DNA of 64,000 nucleotides. Origin: Corallincola holothuriorum (lineage in GTDB: Bacteria; Pseudomonadota; Gammaproteobacteria; Enterobacterales; Neiellaceae). The translations under genes and the position numbers were made by a program. The stretch lies in NCBI RefSeq assembly GCF_003336225.1, contig NZ_QPID01000006.1, positions 104,207 through 168,206 on the forward strand, in the 5' to 3' direction. A model generated the notes under the pieces. The model was not told where the DNA came from and did not search any database. It saw only the letters and a list, made by a program, of their open reading frames with translations. Numbering within the stretch: position 1 is the first letter of the stretch; every line of letters starts with the position of its first letter. Shown one piece after another: positions 1 to 10,543 of this stretch.

Positions 1-572
1 TCAACCGCTTGAGGTAGGTCGATGATGACTGGACCGTAGTCATCTACCAGTACATTAAACTCTGATAAATCACCATGAACGACACCGGCACAAAGCATAC
101 GTACGATGTATTGCATGACGATCCGGTGATCCTCAATCGCGTGTTCTGCCGGCATCACCACATCGTTCAGGCGAGGGGCCACATCACCCTCGTCATCGGT
201 GACCAGCTCCATGAGTAACACGCCGTCATAGCAGCCAAATGGTTGTGGTACACGCACCCCTGCAGCGGCAAGCTTATACAAAGCATCCACTTCGGCGTTT
301 TGCCAAGCGGCTTCTTGCTGATCGCGACCAAATTTGGAGCCTTTTTCCATTGCTCTAGCACGGCGGCTATTACGTACTTTTCGGCCTTCTTGATACTGCA
401 CAGCTTTTTTAAAACTGCGCTTCATCGCCTCTTTATAAACCTTGGCACAACGTATCTCATCGCCACAACGGACAACGTATACAGTGGCTTCTTTGCCGCT
501 CATTAACTGACTGATCACTTCGTCGACTAAGCCATCGTCGACTAGCGGCTGTATGCGTTTCGGTATTTTCAT
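1..572 (-). CDS. RIO-type (RIO1/PA4780-like) atypical protein kinase; 3' end truncated by the window edge
   Basis: Reverse-complement translation from the ATG at 572..570 reads MKIPKRIQPLVDDGLVDEVISQL...VHGDLSEFNVLVDD. The HGDLSE(F/Y)N catalytic loop is typical of RIO kinases. The frame stays open to position 1. Confidence 0.6.
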   Translation of the reverse strand, partial: MKIPKRIQPLVDDGLVDEVISQLMSGKEATVYVVRCGDEIRCAKVYKEAMKRSFKKAVQYQEGRKVRNSRRARAMEKGSKFGRDQQEAAWQNAEVDALYKLAAAGVRVPQPFGCYDGVLLMELVTDDEGDVAPRLNDVVMPAEHAIEDHRIVMQYIVRMLCAGVVHGDLSEFNVLVDDYGPVIIDLPQAV

Positions 573-827
573 AGCGTCCTTATACAGGAGTTGCGTAAGT
601 GATGTAAAACTTGTGCGCCGGTGTCCGCCTGTATCTGCGGATTTGTTGCTATGTTATCGGCTAACTTTGGGGGTTTTAAGTCATCTTTCGTTAATTGGCT
701 GTAGGATAGCTATTAGCGATTGAATACAATGAAAACTCTATATGCAGATGGTGTGCTGCTTTTGTGTGCTGGCTACAGATAATGCGCCTACGCCGTTGTT
801 AACCTTGGTTGCTGGAGCGATTCTCTT

Positions 828-1991
828 TTGAAGTTTATTCATACCTCAGACTGGCATTTAGGGCGGCAGTTTCATAATGCGTCGCTGTTGGAAGATCAGC
901 GTCATATTTTGCAACAGATAGTGGATATTGCCGAACGAGAGCATGTAGATGCTGTGATTGTGGCCGGTGATATATATGACCGTTCAGTACCACCTGCTAA
1001 TGCCGTGGCGTTGTTGGATGAGGTACTCGATAAACTGTGCCATGAAATGCAGCTGCCAGTGCTGATGATTTCCGGCAATCACGACAGTGCCCAGCGTTTA
1101 CGTTTTGCTGCTAACCAGTTACGCCAGTCTGGTTTGCACATCATGGGCGATCTTGGCTTGTTAACCACACCCGTGTTGCTGCACAGCGCAACGGCGGGCA
1201 CAGTGCAGTTTTTCGGTTTGCCGTACTGCGATCCTGAGCAGGTGAGGGATGCTTTTAACGACGAGGCTAGTGCTCAGTTGAAAACTCATGATCAAGCGAT
1301 GGCCTATTTAATGGCGCAACTTGATGCAGCACGGGATAAACAGTTGCCATCAGTTGTGATTGCTCACTGTTTCGTGGCTGGCGGCACCGGGTGCGAATCT
1401 GAACGTCCTCTGTCCATTGGTGGGGCTGATCAGGTCTCAGCCAGTCACTTTTCTGCTTTCAATTACACCGCGCTGGGTCACCTGCATGGTCCGCAAAAGC
1501 AGGGGGCTGAACATATTCGCTATTCTGGCTCACCACTTAAATATAGTTTTTCTGAGCAAAATCAGAATAAAAGCATTTCATTGGTCAGTATTGATGAGGC
1601 TGGTGCCGCTCACGTTGAGCTTATACCGTTACAGCCCTTGCGTGATATGCGGATCATTGAAGGGGAGCTGAACGCGTTAATTGCGCAAGGAAAAACCGAT
1701 CCCCATAGTGACGACTATTTGATGGTGCGGTTGACTGATACCCACGCCATTCTTGATCCCATGGGTAAGCTACGAGCGGTTTATCCAAATGTGCTGCATT
1801 TAGAGAAGCGGATGTTGCAGGCGCGCAGTGACAATGAGCAAGCCTTGCAGCGAGAAAAATTGCGGCAAAGTGAGCTGTCGATGTTTCGTGATTTCTTTCA
1901 GCAAGTGCATGGCAACGAACTGACAGGCGAACAGGATCAAGCCTTACAAACAGTGATTAAGCAGTTGCATCAAGACGAGGCAAACCGATGA
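828..1991 (+). CDS. sbcD: Exonuclease SbcCD, nuclease subunit SbcD (Mre11-like phosphoesterase)
   Basis: TTG start. N-terminal sequence MKFIHTSDWHLGR...AVIVAGDIYDR...GNHD carries the calcineurin-like phosphoesterase motifs. Its stop overlaps the sbcC start as ATGA. Confidence 0.9.
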   Translation: MKFIHTSDWHLGRQFHNASLLEDQRHILQQIVDIAEREHVDAVIVAGDIYDRSVPPANAVALLDEVLDKLCHEMQLPVLMISGNHDSAQRLRFAANQLRQSGLHIMGDLGLLTTPVLLHSATAGTVQFFGLPYCDPEQVRDAFNDEASAQLKTHDQAMAYLMAQLDAARDKQLPSVVIAHCFVAGGTGCESERPLSIGGADQVSASHFSAFNYTALGHLHGPQKQGAEHIRYSGSPLKYSFSEQNQNKSISLVSIDEAGAAHVELIPLQPLRDMRIIEGELNALIAQGKTDPHSDDYLMVRLTDTHAILDPMGKLRAVYPNVLHLEKRMLQARSDNEQALQREKLRQSELSMFRDFFQQVHGNELTGEQDQALQTVIKQLHQDEANR

Positions 1992-4900
1992 AGCCATTAA
2001 TGCTGACGATGCAGGCGTTCGGGCCGTTTTCTGCCACTGAAATCGTCGATTTCAGTGCGTTTGGCGATAATGCTTTGTTTTTGATAAATGGCCCCACTGG
2101 TGCCGGTAAAAGCACTATTTTGGATGCGATCTGTGTGGCGCTTTATGGGCAAACCACAGGCGCCGAACGTGAATCGGCGCAAATGCGTTGTGACCATGCC
2201 GATCCTGGGCTAGTCACAGAGTTGACGCTGGAGTTCGAATTGGCTGAAAAGCGGTATCGGGTGCAACGTAAGCCGCAACAAGAGAGACCAAAAGCCAGAG
2301 GCGAGGGTACGACAACGCAAGCGGCTGAAGCGAATTTATGGCTGCACGGTACCGATGACTCAGCAAGCGCAAGCACAGCTTGGACGTTGTTAGTGAGTAA
2401 GAAAATCGGTGAGGTTAATGATGCCATTCGTGACATTACCGGACTAAGTGTTGAGCAGTTTCGTCAGGTGATGGTATTGCCGCAAGGAAAATTTCGTGAA
2501 CTTTTACTCGCCGACTCGAAGAGCCGGGAAGCTATTTTTAGTCAGCTATTCCAGACGCAGATCTATCGTAAGATAGAAGACAGCTTGAAGATCAAAGCCA
2601 GTGCTATCCGCCGTGATGCTGAAGCCCATCGAAACAAAATCAAAGGGATCTTGGAAAACGCCGGTGTTGACTCGGAACAGGCTCTCAATGCTGAACGTAA
2701 TGCGCTTGCACCACAGTTGCAGGAAGCAGAACAGAAGAAAAAGCGAGCATTTGACCAACAATTGGGGGCGCAGAATGCCCTTGAGGCGGGTAAAAATCTA
2801 ACTGAACGCTTTCAGCGTTATCAGCAAAGAAAACAAGAGCTTATTCAGGCCGAAGTTCAGGCTGAGCAGATTGAAGGATTAAAGCAGCAATGCTTGCTGG
2901 CGGAGCAAGCGGAGCAGATCAATCCAATTTATACGCCGGTAGTGGAGGCTGAACGCGAATTAAACAGCTTATTGCTGGTTAGGGAAGAAGCAAAGCATTC
3001 CCTATCGCAGGCGACGACAACTTATCAGCAGGCGTCGACTCGCTACGAGCGTGCGATAGAGAATGCCAAACAGGTTGATGAGCTGAAAAACCAGCAAAAT
3101 GAGTTAGCTCGTTTGCAAACGCAAGTGGTTAACTTAGGTCAAGCACGCTTGCGTTGGTCTTCTGCACAGCAAGCTGCAGAAGCGAGTGAAAACACTTACC
3201 TTCAAGCTCAGCAGGTGCTCGTTGACAGCAAACGGCAACTCTCCGAATTGGAACAACTGAATGTAACCGCGCAGCAGCAGCTCATGCGGATGCCGGAGTT
3301 ACAGGTCAGACAAACCACGCTCAAGCAGCAGCGCGATCACCGGGTTGCATTAGATGAGTTGCGTCAGCAACGATCGCAGGCAGAGATGAGCGGTAAGCAA
3401 GCGCTGCTGGAAAAGCAAACTTTGCAACAAGAGTCAGCGCGTTTAGCACGCGACATGGCCGCGATAGAAATGCAATGGCACAGCGGCCAGGCGGCCCTCT
3501 TAGCGGCGCAGTTGGGGGTTGGCGAACCATGTCCGGTATGTGGTAGCAAAGAGCATCCGCTACCCGCTCATCGGGCGATGACGGATGATGGTTCTGCGTT
3601 AGTGACACATGAGCAAGTTGAACACGCGCGGCGTCGGGTGAACGACCAGCAGGGGCTGTTACAGCAGGCAGAAAACAGATATACCGAGTTGCAGCAGGTC
3701 TGGAAGGGGCTCAATAAACAGGTACAGGCGGTGGAATTGCAGCTAGCTGAATTTGCAGAGCAATCGTTAGTTCAGCTGGACGAGGAGCTTGCTCAGTTAT
3801 CTGCTGATGTTGATCGATTACTACAATGCCAACAGCAATTAGCGCAGCGTCAGAGACAGATTGAAGCATTGCATCAGCAATTGACCGGCTTGGAAAGCGA
3901 GCAGCTTAAACTCCAGCAACAAAGCGCGGATGCACAAAAAGCTGTTGCGGTGGCCGTCGCTGAACTGCAGCGCTTGGAAACCGAGGTACCGGAGCATTTT
4001 CGGGCTAACGGTGCTTTGGAAGCTGAGATCACCCGGTTTGAAAAGCAATGGCAAGCATTAGAGCTGGCGCTGCAACAAGCGACACTGGCACGTGACCAGG
4101 CGCGCTCTGCGCTGGACAAAGCCGGTGAGGGAGATAAGCGTTTGCAACAGCAGCTAGATGAAAGTAGAGCGAAACAGCAGCAGCGTGTGCAGGCATGGCA
4201 GTTGGCGCTTAGCAACTCAGGTTTTGCAGATGAAAACGCTTTTCAACAAGCCCGTTTAGCAAGTGATGAGCTGCAAGCGATAAAACTGACGATCGAAACA
4301 TATCAACTTCGTTTCAGTGAACTTCAAGGACAGGTCAAGCAGTTAGCGGAAGAGCTAGATGGGCAGGCAACACCGCAACTAGAGGCATTAACGCAACAAT
4401 TAGCCCTGTGCCAGCAGACGTACAAAGAAACTGAGCAGCGAGTAAGTACGCTGCATGCGCGCCTCACTTCACTCGATCATACGCTGAAAAACCTGCAGGC
4501 CGCTCACCTGACAAACCAAGCGCTGGAAGCGCAATATGAGATTTACGGTACGCTTAGTGATGTAGCTAACGGTCAGACAGGTAACAAGATCAGCCTGCAG
4601 CGTTTTGTTTTGAGTGTTTTATTGGATGACGTGCTCATTCAGGCATCACACCGCCTGCAACTGATGAGCAAAGGCCGCTATTTGTTGCTGCGAAAAGAAG
4701 ACCGTAGTAAAGGCAATCGCGCGTCAGGGCTTGAGTTGGAGGTCGAAGATGCCTATTCGGGCAAGACTCGTTCGGTAGCGACACTGTCTGGCGGCGAGAG
4801 CTTTCTGGCTGCGCTTGCCTTAGCTTTGGGTGTGTCTGATGTGGTGCAGAGTTATTCCGGGGGGATTAAGTTAGACACCCTGTTTATCGACGAAGGCTTT

Positions 4901-5074
4901 GGTAGTCTTGATCCCGAGTCATTGGATCTGGCTGTACGTACTTTGGTGGATCTGCAACACAGTGGACGTATGATTGGTATTATCAGTCATGTCAGTGAAC
5001 TGAAAGAGCAGATGGCGATGCGGCTTGATGTAGTTGCAACGCCAAAAGGCAGTAGTGTGCAACTTATCGCCTAA
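1988..5074 (+). CDS. sbcC: Exonuclease SbcCD, ATPase subunit SbcC (Rad50-like)
   Basis: N-terminal Walker A (GPTGAGKST). Long Q/E/L-rich coiled coil with a central CPVCGS zinc hook. C-terminal LSGGE signature and LFIDEGFGSLD Walker B. Confidence 0.9.
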   Translation: MKPLMLTMQAFGPFSATEIVDFSAFGDNALFLINGPTGAGKSTILDAICVALYGQTTGAERESAQMRCDHADPGLVTELTLEFELAEKRYRVQRKPQQERPKARGEGTTTQAAEANLWLHGTDDSASASTAWTLLVSKKIGEVNDAIRDITGLSVEQFRQVMVLPQGKFRELLLADSKSREAIFSQLFQTQIYRKIEDSLKIKASAIRRDAEAHRNKIKGILENAGVDSEQALNAERNALAPQLQEAEQKKKRAFDQQLGAQNALEAGKNLTERFQRYQQRKQELIQAEVQAEQIEGLKQQCLLAEQAEQINPIYTPVVEAERELNSLLLVREEAKHSLSQATTTYQQASTRYERAIENAKQVDELKNQQNELARLQTQVVNLGQARLRWSSAQQAAEASENTYLQAQQVLVDSKRQLSELEQLNVTAQQQLMRMPELQVRQTTLKQQRDHRVALDELRQQRSQAEMSGKQALLEKQTLQQESARLARDMAAIEMQWHSGQAALLAAQLGVGEPCPVCGSKEHPLPAHRAMTDDGSALVTHEQVEHARRRVNDQQGLLQQAENRYTELQQVWKGLNKQVQAVELQLAEFAEQSLVQLDEELAQLSADVDRLLQCQQQLAQRQRQIEALHQQLTGLESEQLKLQQQSADAQKAVAVAVAELQRLETEVPEHFRANGALEAEITRFEKQWQALELALQQATLARDQARSALDKAGEGDKRLQQQLDESRAKQQQRVQAWQLALSNSGFADENAFQQARLASDELQAIKLTIETYQLRFSELQGQVKQLAEELDGQATPQLEALTQQLALCQQTYKETEQRVSTLHARLTSLDHTLKNLQAAHLTNQALEAQYEIYGTLSDVANGQTGNKISLQRFVLSVLLDDVLIQASHRLQLMSKGRYLLLRKEDRSKGNRASGLELEVEDAYSGKTRSVATLSGGESFLAALALALGVSDVVQSYSGGIKLDTLFIDEGFGSLDPESLDLAVRTLVDLQHSGRMIGIISHVSELKEQMAMRLDVVATPKGSSVQLIA

Positions 5075-5210
5075 AAAAATGCGCTGAAGCGGTTAAGATT
5101 AACGGGAGTAATACCTGATCTTAATGTTTTTCAATAGTTTCAGTCACACAGCAGTGAGCAGCCAGTATAATTACTCTGCGATATCTATCTATTTAAGGAT
5201 GATCTGATTT

Positions 5211-7436
5211 ATGGGGCGGCTCCGCAAACCCAAGTTTCACTTCAAGTTACGGAAACCAAAAATAAAGCTGAAAGGTGGCTCCAGTTGGATCTTTATTGGC
5301 CTAATTGCTGGTCTGTTTACCGGATTGTTTTTTGGTGAAATGGTGGGTTGGATGCAGTGGCTGGGGAGCGCTGTTATTTTTCTACTGCAAGCCACTGTGT
5401 TGCCTTATATGGTTATGTCGTTGTTATACGGGGTTGGCTCGTTAACCACTGGCCATGCCAAACTACTATTCAGTAAAACGAGTATTGTATTGGTTCTTTT
5501 ATGGGTTCTGGGTTTACTGGTGATTTTATTATTGCCGCTTTCTTTCCCTGAACAGCTAAATGCCTCGTTTTTCTCGGCCAGTGTGCTGGAAGTGCCTCCA
5601 AGCCCCGACTACATGAAGCTGTATATACCTTCAAATCCTTTTCATTCATTAGCGGAAGGCTACGTTCCTGCTGTTGTTATCTTCTGCATGTTGTTTGGTG
5701 TGGCGCTTATTCGCATACAAAACAAGCAAGCCTTTATGTCGCTGACTGAAACCTCTGTGACTGCGCTGAGTAAAATGACCGGCATGATAGTGAAGATACT
5801 GCCTATAGGTGTCTTTGCCAGTACTGCCGCGGCCGCCGGTACCATGACATTGGAGGAGTTCAGTTCGCTACAGGTGTTTCTTATCTCCTATATGGTGCTG
5901 TGTCTTTTTCTGACCTTTGTCTTGCTACCATTTACCTTGAGTGCGTTAACGCCGTTTACCTACAGAGAAGTGATGACTATCAGTCGAGATTCACTGATCA
6001 CCGCTTTTGCCACCGGTAATATCCTGATTTTACTGCCAGTCTTAACCGAACAGTGTAAAAATATTTTTCATGCCAGAGGCTTAGCAACAGAAGAGACCGA
6101 TAAGTTGATCGGTGTGACCATGCCTGTCGCGTTTACTTTTCCTAATTTGGGCAAGTTGACCGTTATCTTGTTTGTTCTGTTCGCAGCTTGGTTTGTTGAC
6201 AAAGAGCCGCCCTTTTCTTTAGCTACGATGACCTCTATTTCTGGCCTGTTTACTCTCTTTGGCAGCGTTCAGGTTGCCGTACCCTTTATGCTTAATCTGC
6301 TGGAAGTGCCTGCGGATCTGTATCAACTGTTTTTGATCAGCAATGTTATTACTTCGCGGTTTAATTCCATGGTCGCGGCGCTGAATTTGGTCGTGTTGGT
6401 TCTAATCACCATCACTATGGTGCAGAACCAGCTACGGATCACCTTGATGCGGGGGCTATTTTATTTAGGAATTCTAGCGGGTGGTTTTGTTGCAACACTG
6501 CTGTTAAATCGATTGATTACCGCCCCATTTGTTGAGGATCAGTACACCCAGAGTTCATTAGTTGCAGAGATGAAGATGGTCGGGCAGGTACCTGAAAAAG
6601 TGTATGCAGAGTTACCAAAGCTTTATGAAACCGGTCGTTTCTCTAAAACAACGGTCGCGCAGATAAAGCAGCGTAATATTCTTCGTGTTGGTTTTCATCC
6701 GAAGAATGTGCCGTTCTCTTATTTCAACGCTAGCGGGGAGTTGGTGGGATTTGATATCTCGCTAGCGCATCAGTTGGCCAGCGATCTTGGCGTCGAGATC
6801 CGTTTTGTACCACTCGATTACAATAAGCTGCCCATCGAATTAGGGCGTGGATTTTATGATATTGCGATGTCAGGGTTGGCGATGACAGCCGAGCGTATCG
6901 CCGATATGTCGTTTACAGATCCCGTGCTACAACTTCATGTGGCGGTCGTCGGAAGAGATCATGAATTAAGTGTTCTTTCCGATCCCGAATTATTGAAGAA
7001 ACAAACCAAGTTGGTGATTGCCACATTAGATCATTCGGACATCGTCAAGCATATCAACAGAGCCTACCCAAATGCTGAAGTGGTTATGCTGAAAGATTAC
7101 GAGCAATTTTTCGAAGCAAAAGAGGGCACTTATGATGCTTTGTTGGTTAGTGCTGAGGCTGGCTATGCCTGGACCGTGCTCTATCCAGAATTTGGCGTCT
7201 GGATCCCGACTAACGCGAAGAAGAGGGTGCCTGTTGCCTATGCCCTCAATCGTTCGAATAATGATTTGTTGAGTTATCTGGATGATTGGTTGGATATCCA
7301 GCAATCTAATGATTTTATTGGCCAACAGTATGAGTTTTGGATCCTTGGCGGCGGTGCCAAACATCGACCACCTCGTTGGTCGGTGATTAAGGATCTTTTG
7401 GGCTGGGTCGGTGATAAGTCTGAGCCAGATGAATAA
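5211..7436 (+). CDS. Fusion protein: polytopic membrane transporter-like domain (~420 aa) joined to a C-terminal periplasmic solute-binding domain (SBP_bac_3-like)
   Basis: About 10 hydrophobic helices in the first ~420 aa. The C-terminal ~250 aa (ILRVGFHPKNVPFSYFNASGELVGFDISLAHQLASDLGVEIRFVPL...GFYDIAMSGLAMTAERI) looks like a family-3 amino-acid-binding protein. The true start may be downstream of the Lys-rich N-terminus. Confidence 0.5.
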   Translation: MGRLRKPKFHFKLRKPKIKLKGGSSWIFIGLIAGLFTGLFFGEMVGWMQWLGSAVIFLLQATVLPYMVMSLLYGVGSLTTGHAKLLFSKTSIVLVLLWVLGLLVILLLPLSFPEQLNASFFSASVLEVPPSPDYMKLYIPSNPFHSLAEGYVPAVVIFCMLFGVALIRIQNKQAFMSLTETSVTALSKMTGMIVKILPIGVFASTAAAAGTMTLEEFSSLQVFLISYMVLCLFLTFVLLPFTLSALTPFTYREVMTISRDSLITAFATGNILILLPVLTEQCKNIFHARGLATEETDKLIGVTMPVAFTFPNLGKLTVILFVLFAAWFVDKEPPFSLATMTSISGLFTLFGSVQVAVPFMLNLLEVPADLYQLFLISNVITSRFNSMVAALNLVVLVLITITMVQNQLRITLMRGLFYLGILAGGFVATLLLNRLITAPFVEDQYTQSSLVAEMKMVGQVPEKVYAELPKLYETGRFSKTTVAQIKQRNILRVGFHPKNVPFSYFNASGELVGFDISLAHQLASDLGVEIRFVPLDYNKLPIELGRGFYDIAMSGLAMTAERIADMSFTDPVLQLHVAVVGRDHELSVLSDPELLKKQTKLVIATLDHSDIVKHINRAYPNAEVVMLKDYEQFFEAKEGTYDALLVSAEAGYAWTVLYPEFGVWIPTNAKKRVPVAYALNRSNNDLLSYLDDWLDIQQSNDFIGQQYEFWILGGGAKHRPPRWSVIKDLLGWVGDKSEPDE

Positions 7437-7573
7437 TGCGTCGTACGTGGGAGTTGAGTTGGTATTTCAGACCATTATTATCCACGCTATTAGCCATGCA
7501 AGTGGTTGATTTTCAATATTGAGCTTGACGTAAAACTTTTGCCTCTGTTAGCTTCTAATGAGTTGATGGAGCA

Positions 7574-9793
7574 ATGAAATTGGCGAATGTCATAAAGGAC
7601 AATGATCGCAGCCGAGCACTGGCTGAGTCTAAATGGATCGTTTTTTTAACCAGTATCATGTTATTGATATTGGTTATCTGGGGCGCGCTTTCTTCCATTC
7701 AGCTTCATTATAATTATCAAAAATCCCTGATGGATTCGGTCACTAAAAGTGTCTTGGCTGAGTATCAGGAACACCTCACGCAACTTCGCTTAACGATTGA
7801 CCAGTTTCAATTTCGCCACGCATCAGCGTTGGCCCAGTTGGTTCTATCCGGTAATCAGACCTCGAAAGATGAGTACATGGAGCTGTTAACGCAGCTGCGT
7901 GAAGAGGTCGATGATGTGCGCTTATTTGCCATTGTCGACAGTTCAGGAAAGGGGGTGTTGTCACAGTTAACAGGGGAATTTTTGCCTGACTGTAGAGAAG
8001 AGATTGATGATACCTTGCTGCGAGGCAGTCAGGAGAACCTGTTTCTGCATCGCAGCCCGAATGGTTTTCACTATGACCTGTTGCAACCCTTACTTGTTGA
8101 TGAGCAGGCCGGTCTGTTTCTTTTTGTTGCTTTTGACCCTGCGGTATTAGAGAGGATATTAACCCAGCACCAACTTCCCTATCAGCAGCTGTTTTTGATG
8201 CGTAGTGACCAGTCCGGCAAGATTGAGTTTGGTACAGAGATCTCGCTTGAAAAAAGTCATGATCAGTCGATCTATATGAGTGGGGAAGAGGTGCATCAAT
8301 TTGATTTCCTCAAGCCCATTCCGGGGACGCGTTGGCAGTTGGCTATTCGTTTGGCTCCTGAATATAACGCGCGAGTTTACTTGGAAAGCATTCTACAAGC
8401 GTTATTGCTTTGGGGAGTGACTACCGGTTTCGTATATCTATTCTATCAGGCCCAGCGCCGGCGCCTGTACAAACAACGGATTATGGAAAAAGAGTTGAGC
8501 TTTAAGACCTCCCACGATGAGCTCACAGGGACCATGAATCGTGCAACTTTTGAGGGGCAGTTAGCAGGATTTATTGCGCAGCACAGTGGCCAACTGATGA
8601 TGGAAGGTGTGGTGTTGCTCATCGACATCGACCAGTTTCAATTGGTGAATAACAGTTTTGGTTACAGCGCTGGAGATAGCTGCCTTAATTTGCTCTCTTT
8701 TGCCCTGCGGCGACAGCTACCAGCGCAGGCAAAAATAAGTCGACTTAGCAGCGATGAGTTCGCTGTGATGTTGCCAGAATTGCATCATGAACTGGCTCAT
8801 GGCTTTGCCGAAAAGGTTAGGCAGCAGATCGAACAGTTCGACTTCACCCACATCGCACCCGATCTTTCTTTGTCAGCCTCCGTTGGCGCTTTCGTTTTAG
8901 ATGGGCAACAGTTAGGTAGTGAGGAGGTATTTAATGCCTTGGCACAAGCTGTTCGCCTTGCGAAATCGAAAGGCGGTAATCGAGTACAGCTTTACCACAG
9001 TGACGATGTCGCGTTATCACAGCATGCACAAGAGATGAATGTTGTTCGCGAGCTGCGAGCTGCACTTAATGACAATCGTTTGCAGCTTTATCGCCAGCGC
9101 CTCAGAGCATTAAGCGATGCATCACAAGCGTCACGTTACGAAGTGCTAGTGCGGTTAATCGATCATCACGGCTCTCTTTTGACGCCTGATAAATTCATAC
9201 CTGCGGCTGAGAAATACGGCTTAATCAGCCAGGTTGACCACTGGGTGATTGAAGCAACATTTGCTGCGATAGCAAAGGACATCGGCGATAATAGCAGTCA
9301 TTACAGTATCAACCTGTCGGGTGTGACCCTCGGCGATAAAGGGATCATCTCTTTTGTTCATACCATGTTGGAAAAATATCAGGTAGCACCGCAACGCATC
9401 GGCTTTGAGATAACGGAAACCTATGCGATCACTCACCTAAGCGCCGCGATCGCCTTTATTGAGCAGATGACAGCGATTGGCTGTGAGTTTTCATTGGATG
9501 ACTTTGGTAGCGGGCTATCATCGTTCAGCTATCTACAGCAACTGCCGGTGCACAACCTTAAAATTGATGGGGTGTTTATTCGTAACATCTGCGACAACCG
9601 CTTGAATCAAGTGTTTGTGGAAACGATGCACCGTTTGGCGAAAGAGATGGGTAAGAAGACCGTGGCAGAGTTTGTAGAAACTGAGAGCGCGCAGCACTAC
9701 CTGTCATCAATAGGGGTGGATTACGCCCAAGGCTATCATCATCATAAACCGGAGTTTTGGTTCGAATACAGTGCGGACGTTACGGGTAGTTAG
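7574..9793 (+). CDS. Membrane-anchored sensor protein with GGDEF-EAL domains (c-di-GMP turnover); the GGDEF site is degenerate
   Basis: TM1 at aa ~22-42, a periplasmic region, then TM2 at ~275-295. GGDEF-like domain has SSDEF in place of GGDEF (RLSSDEFAVML). The EAL domain (YEVLVRL...QRIGFEITE...DDFGSG) looks intact. Confidence 0.8.
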   Translation: MKLANVIKDNDRSRALAESKWIVFLTSIMLLILVIWGALSSIQLHYNYQKSLMDSVTKSVLAEYQEHLTQLRLTIDQFQFRHASALAQLVLSGNQTSKDEYMELLTQLREEVDDVRLFAIVDSSGKGVLSQLTGEFLPDCREEIDDTLLRGSQENLFLHRSPNGFHYDLLQPLLVDEQAGLFLFVAFDPAVLERILTQHQLPYQQLFLMRSDQSGKIEFGTEISLEKSHDQSIYMSGEEVHQFDFLKPIPGTRWQLAIRLAPEYNARVYLESILQALLLWGVTTGFVYLFYQAQRRRLYKQRIMEKELSFKTSHDELTGTMNRATFEGQLAGFIAQHSGQLMMEGVVLLIDIDQFQLVNNSFGYSAGDSCLNLLSFALRRQLPAQAKISRLSSDEFAVMLPELHHELAHGFAEKVRQQIEQFDFTHIAPDLSLSASVGAFVLDGQQLGSEEVFNALAQAVRLAKSKGGNRVQLYHSDDVALSQHAQEMNVVRELRAALNDNRLQLYRQRLRALSDASQASRYEVLVRLIDHHGSLLTPDKFIPAAEKYGLISQVDHWVIEATFAAIAKDIGDNSSHYSINLSGVTLGDKGIISFVHTMLEKYQVAPQRIGFEITETYAITHLSAAIAFIEQMTAIGCEFSLDDFGSGLSSFSYLQQLPVHNLKIDGVFIRNICDNRLNQVFVETMHRLAKEMGKKTVAEFVETESAQHYLSSIGVDYAQGYHHHKPEFWFEYSADVTGS

Positions 9794-9805
9794 CGTCGAT
9801 TTATT

Positions 9806-10300
9806 CTATTCATTAAATTCCCGATAAGTCAGATATAAGCGGGCGTCAAATTCCAGCTGATGGTAATCGGGCTCCATATGACAACAAAGCGCGTAAAAGG
9901 CTTTGTTATGCTCCTTTTCTTTCAAATGTGCTAGCTCATGTACCACCAGCATTCTTAACAGTGGCTCCGGTGCGTTGCGAAACAGGCTGGAGATCCGTAT
10001 CTCATTTTTGGCTTTCAGGTTTTTGCCGTGTTGCCGTGAAACAAACGTGTGTAAGCCCAGAGCATGATTGACCAGATGGATTTTGGGATCGTAAATGACT
10101 TTACTTAGTGGAGCGGATTTTTTCAGGAACTGGTTTTTAATCGCGAGCGTATAGTTGTATAGCGACTTTTCAGTTTTTAGATCGTGCAGTGTGGGATATT
10201 TGTTTTCTATCCACGTAGCTAATTGACCGTTTTTAATCAATTTTTCGACTTGCCCAAGTACTTCGGGCGGATAGCCGTTTAGATAGCGTAATTCGTTCAT
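9806..10300 (-). CDS. YgjP-like (DUF45/M48-related) zinc-dependent hydrolase
   Basis: 164 aa ending in the HELAHLKEKEHNKAFY motif (HExxH...E), as in E. coli YgjP-family proteins. Confidence 0.65.
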   Translation of the reverse strand: MNELRYLNGYPPEVLGQVEKLIKNGQLATWIENKYPTLHDLKTEKSLYNYTLAIKNQFLKKSAPLSKVIYDPKIHLVNHALGLHTFVSRQHGKNLKAKNEIRISSLFRNAPEPLLRMLVVHELAHLKEKEHNKAFYALCCHMEPDYHQLEFDARLYLTYREFNE

Positions 10301-10543
10301 GGTAGAACCGGTGTTTTAGCCTGACGCTATGATACCGAGGAATAAATTAAATACATCACCAATTTGCTGACGTACATATTACAGATCGAGCATTCCAATG
10401 GCGTTACTGTACTTTTGCCCCATCTGTTTCAGCCAATCGTTAAAGCCTTTAGTTGGTTTTGCTGCAGAGTTTAGCTGAGACACTGTTTGGCGCTGCACGG
10501 CATAGTAAGTTGAACTCAGGATAACTTAGGGAGCAGTTTTTAT

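Noticed and set aside
1360-1671. 103 aa alternate-frame ORF inside sbcD, and similar ORFs inside sbcC (2143..2436, 3321..3608, 3874..4215)
   Set aside because: They are embedded in or antisense to strongly supported sbcDC coding frames.
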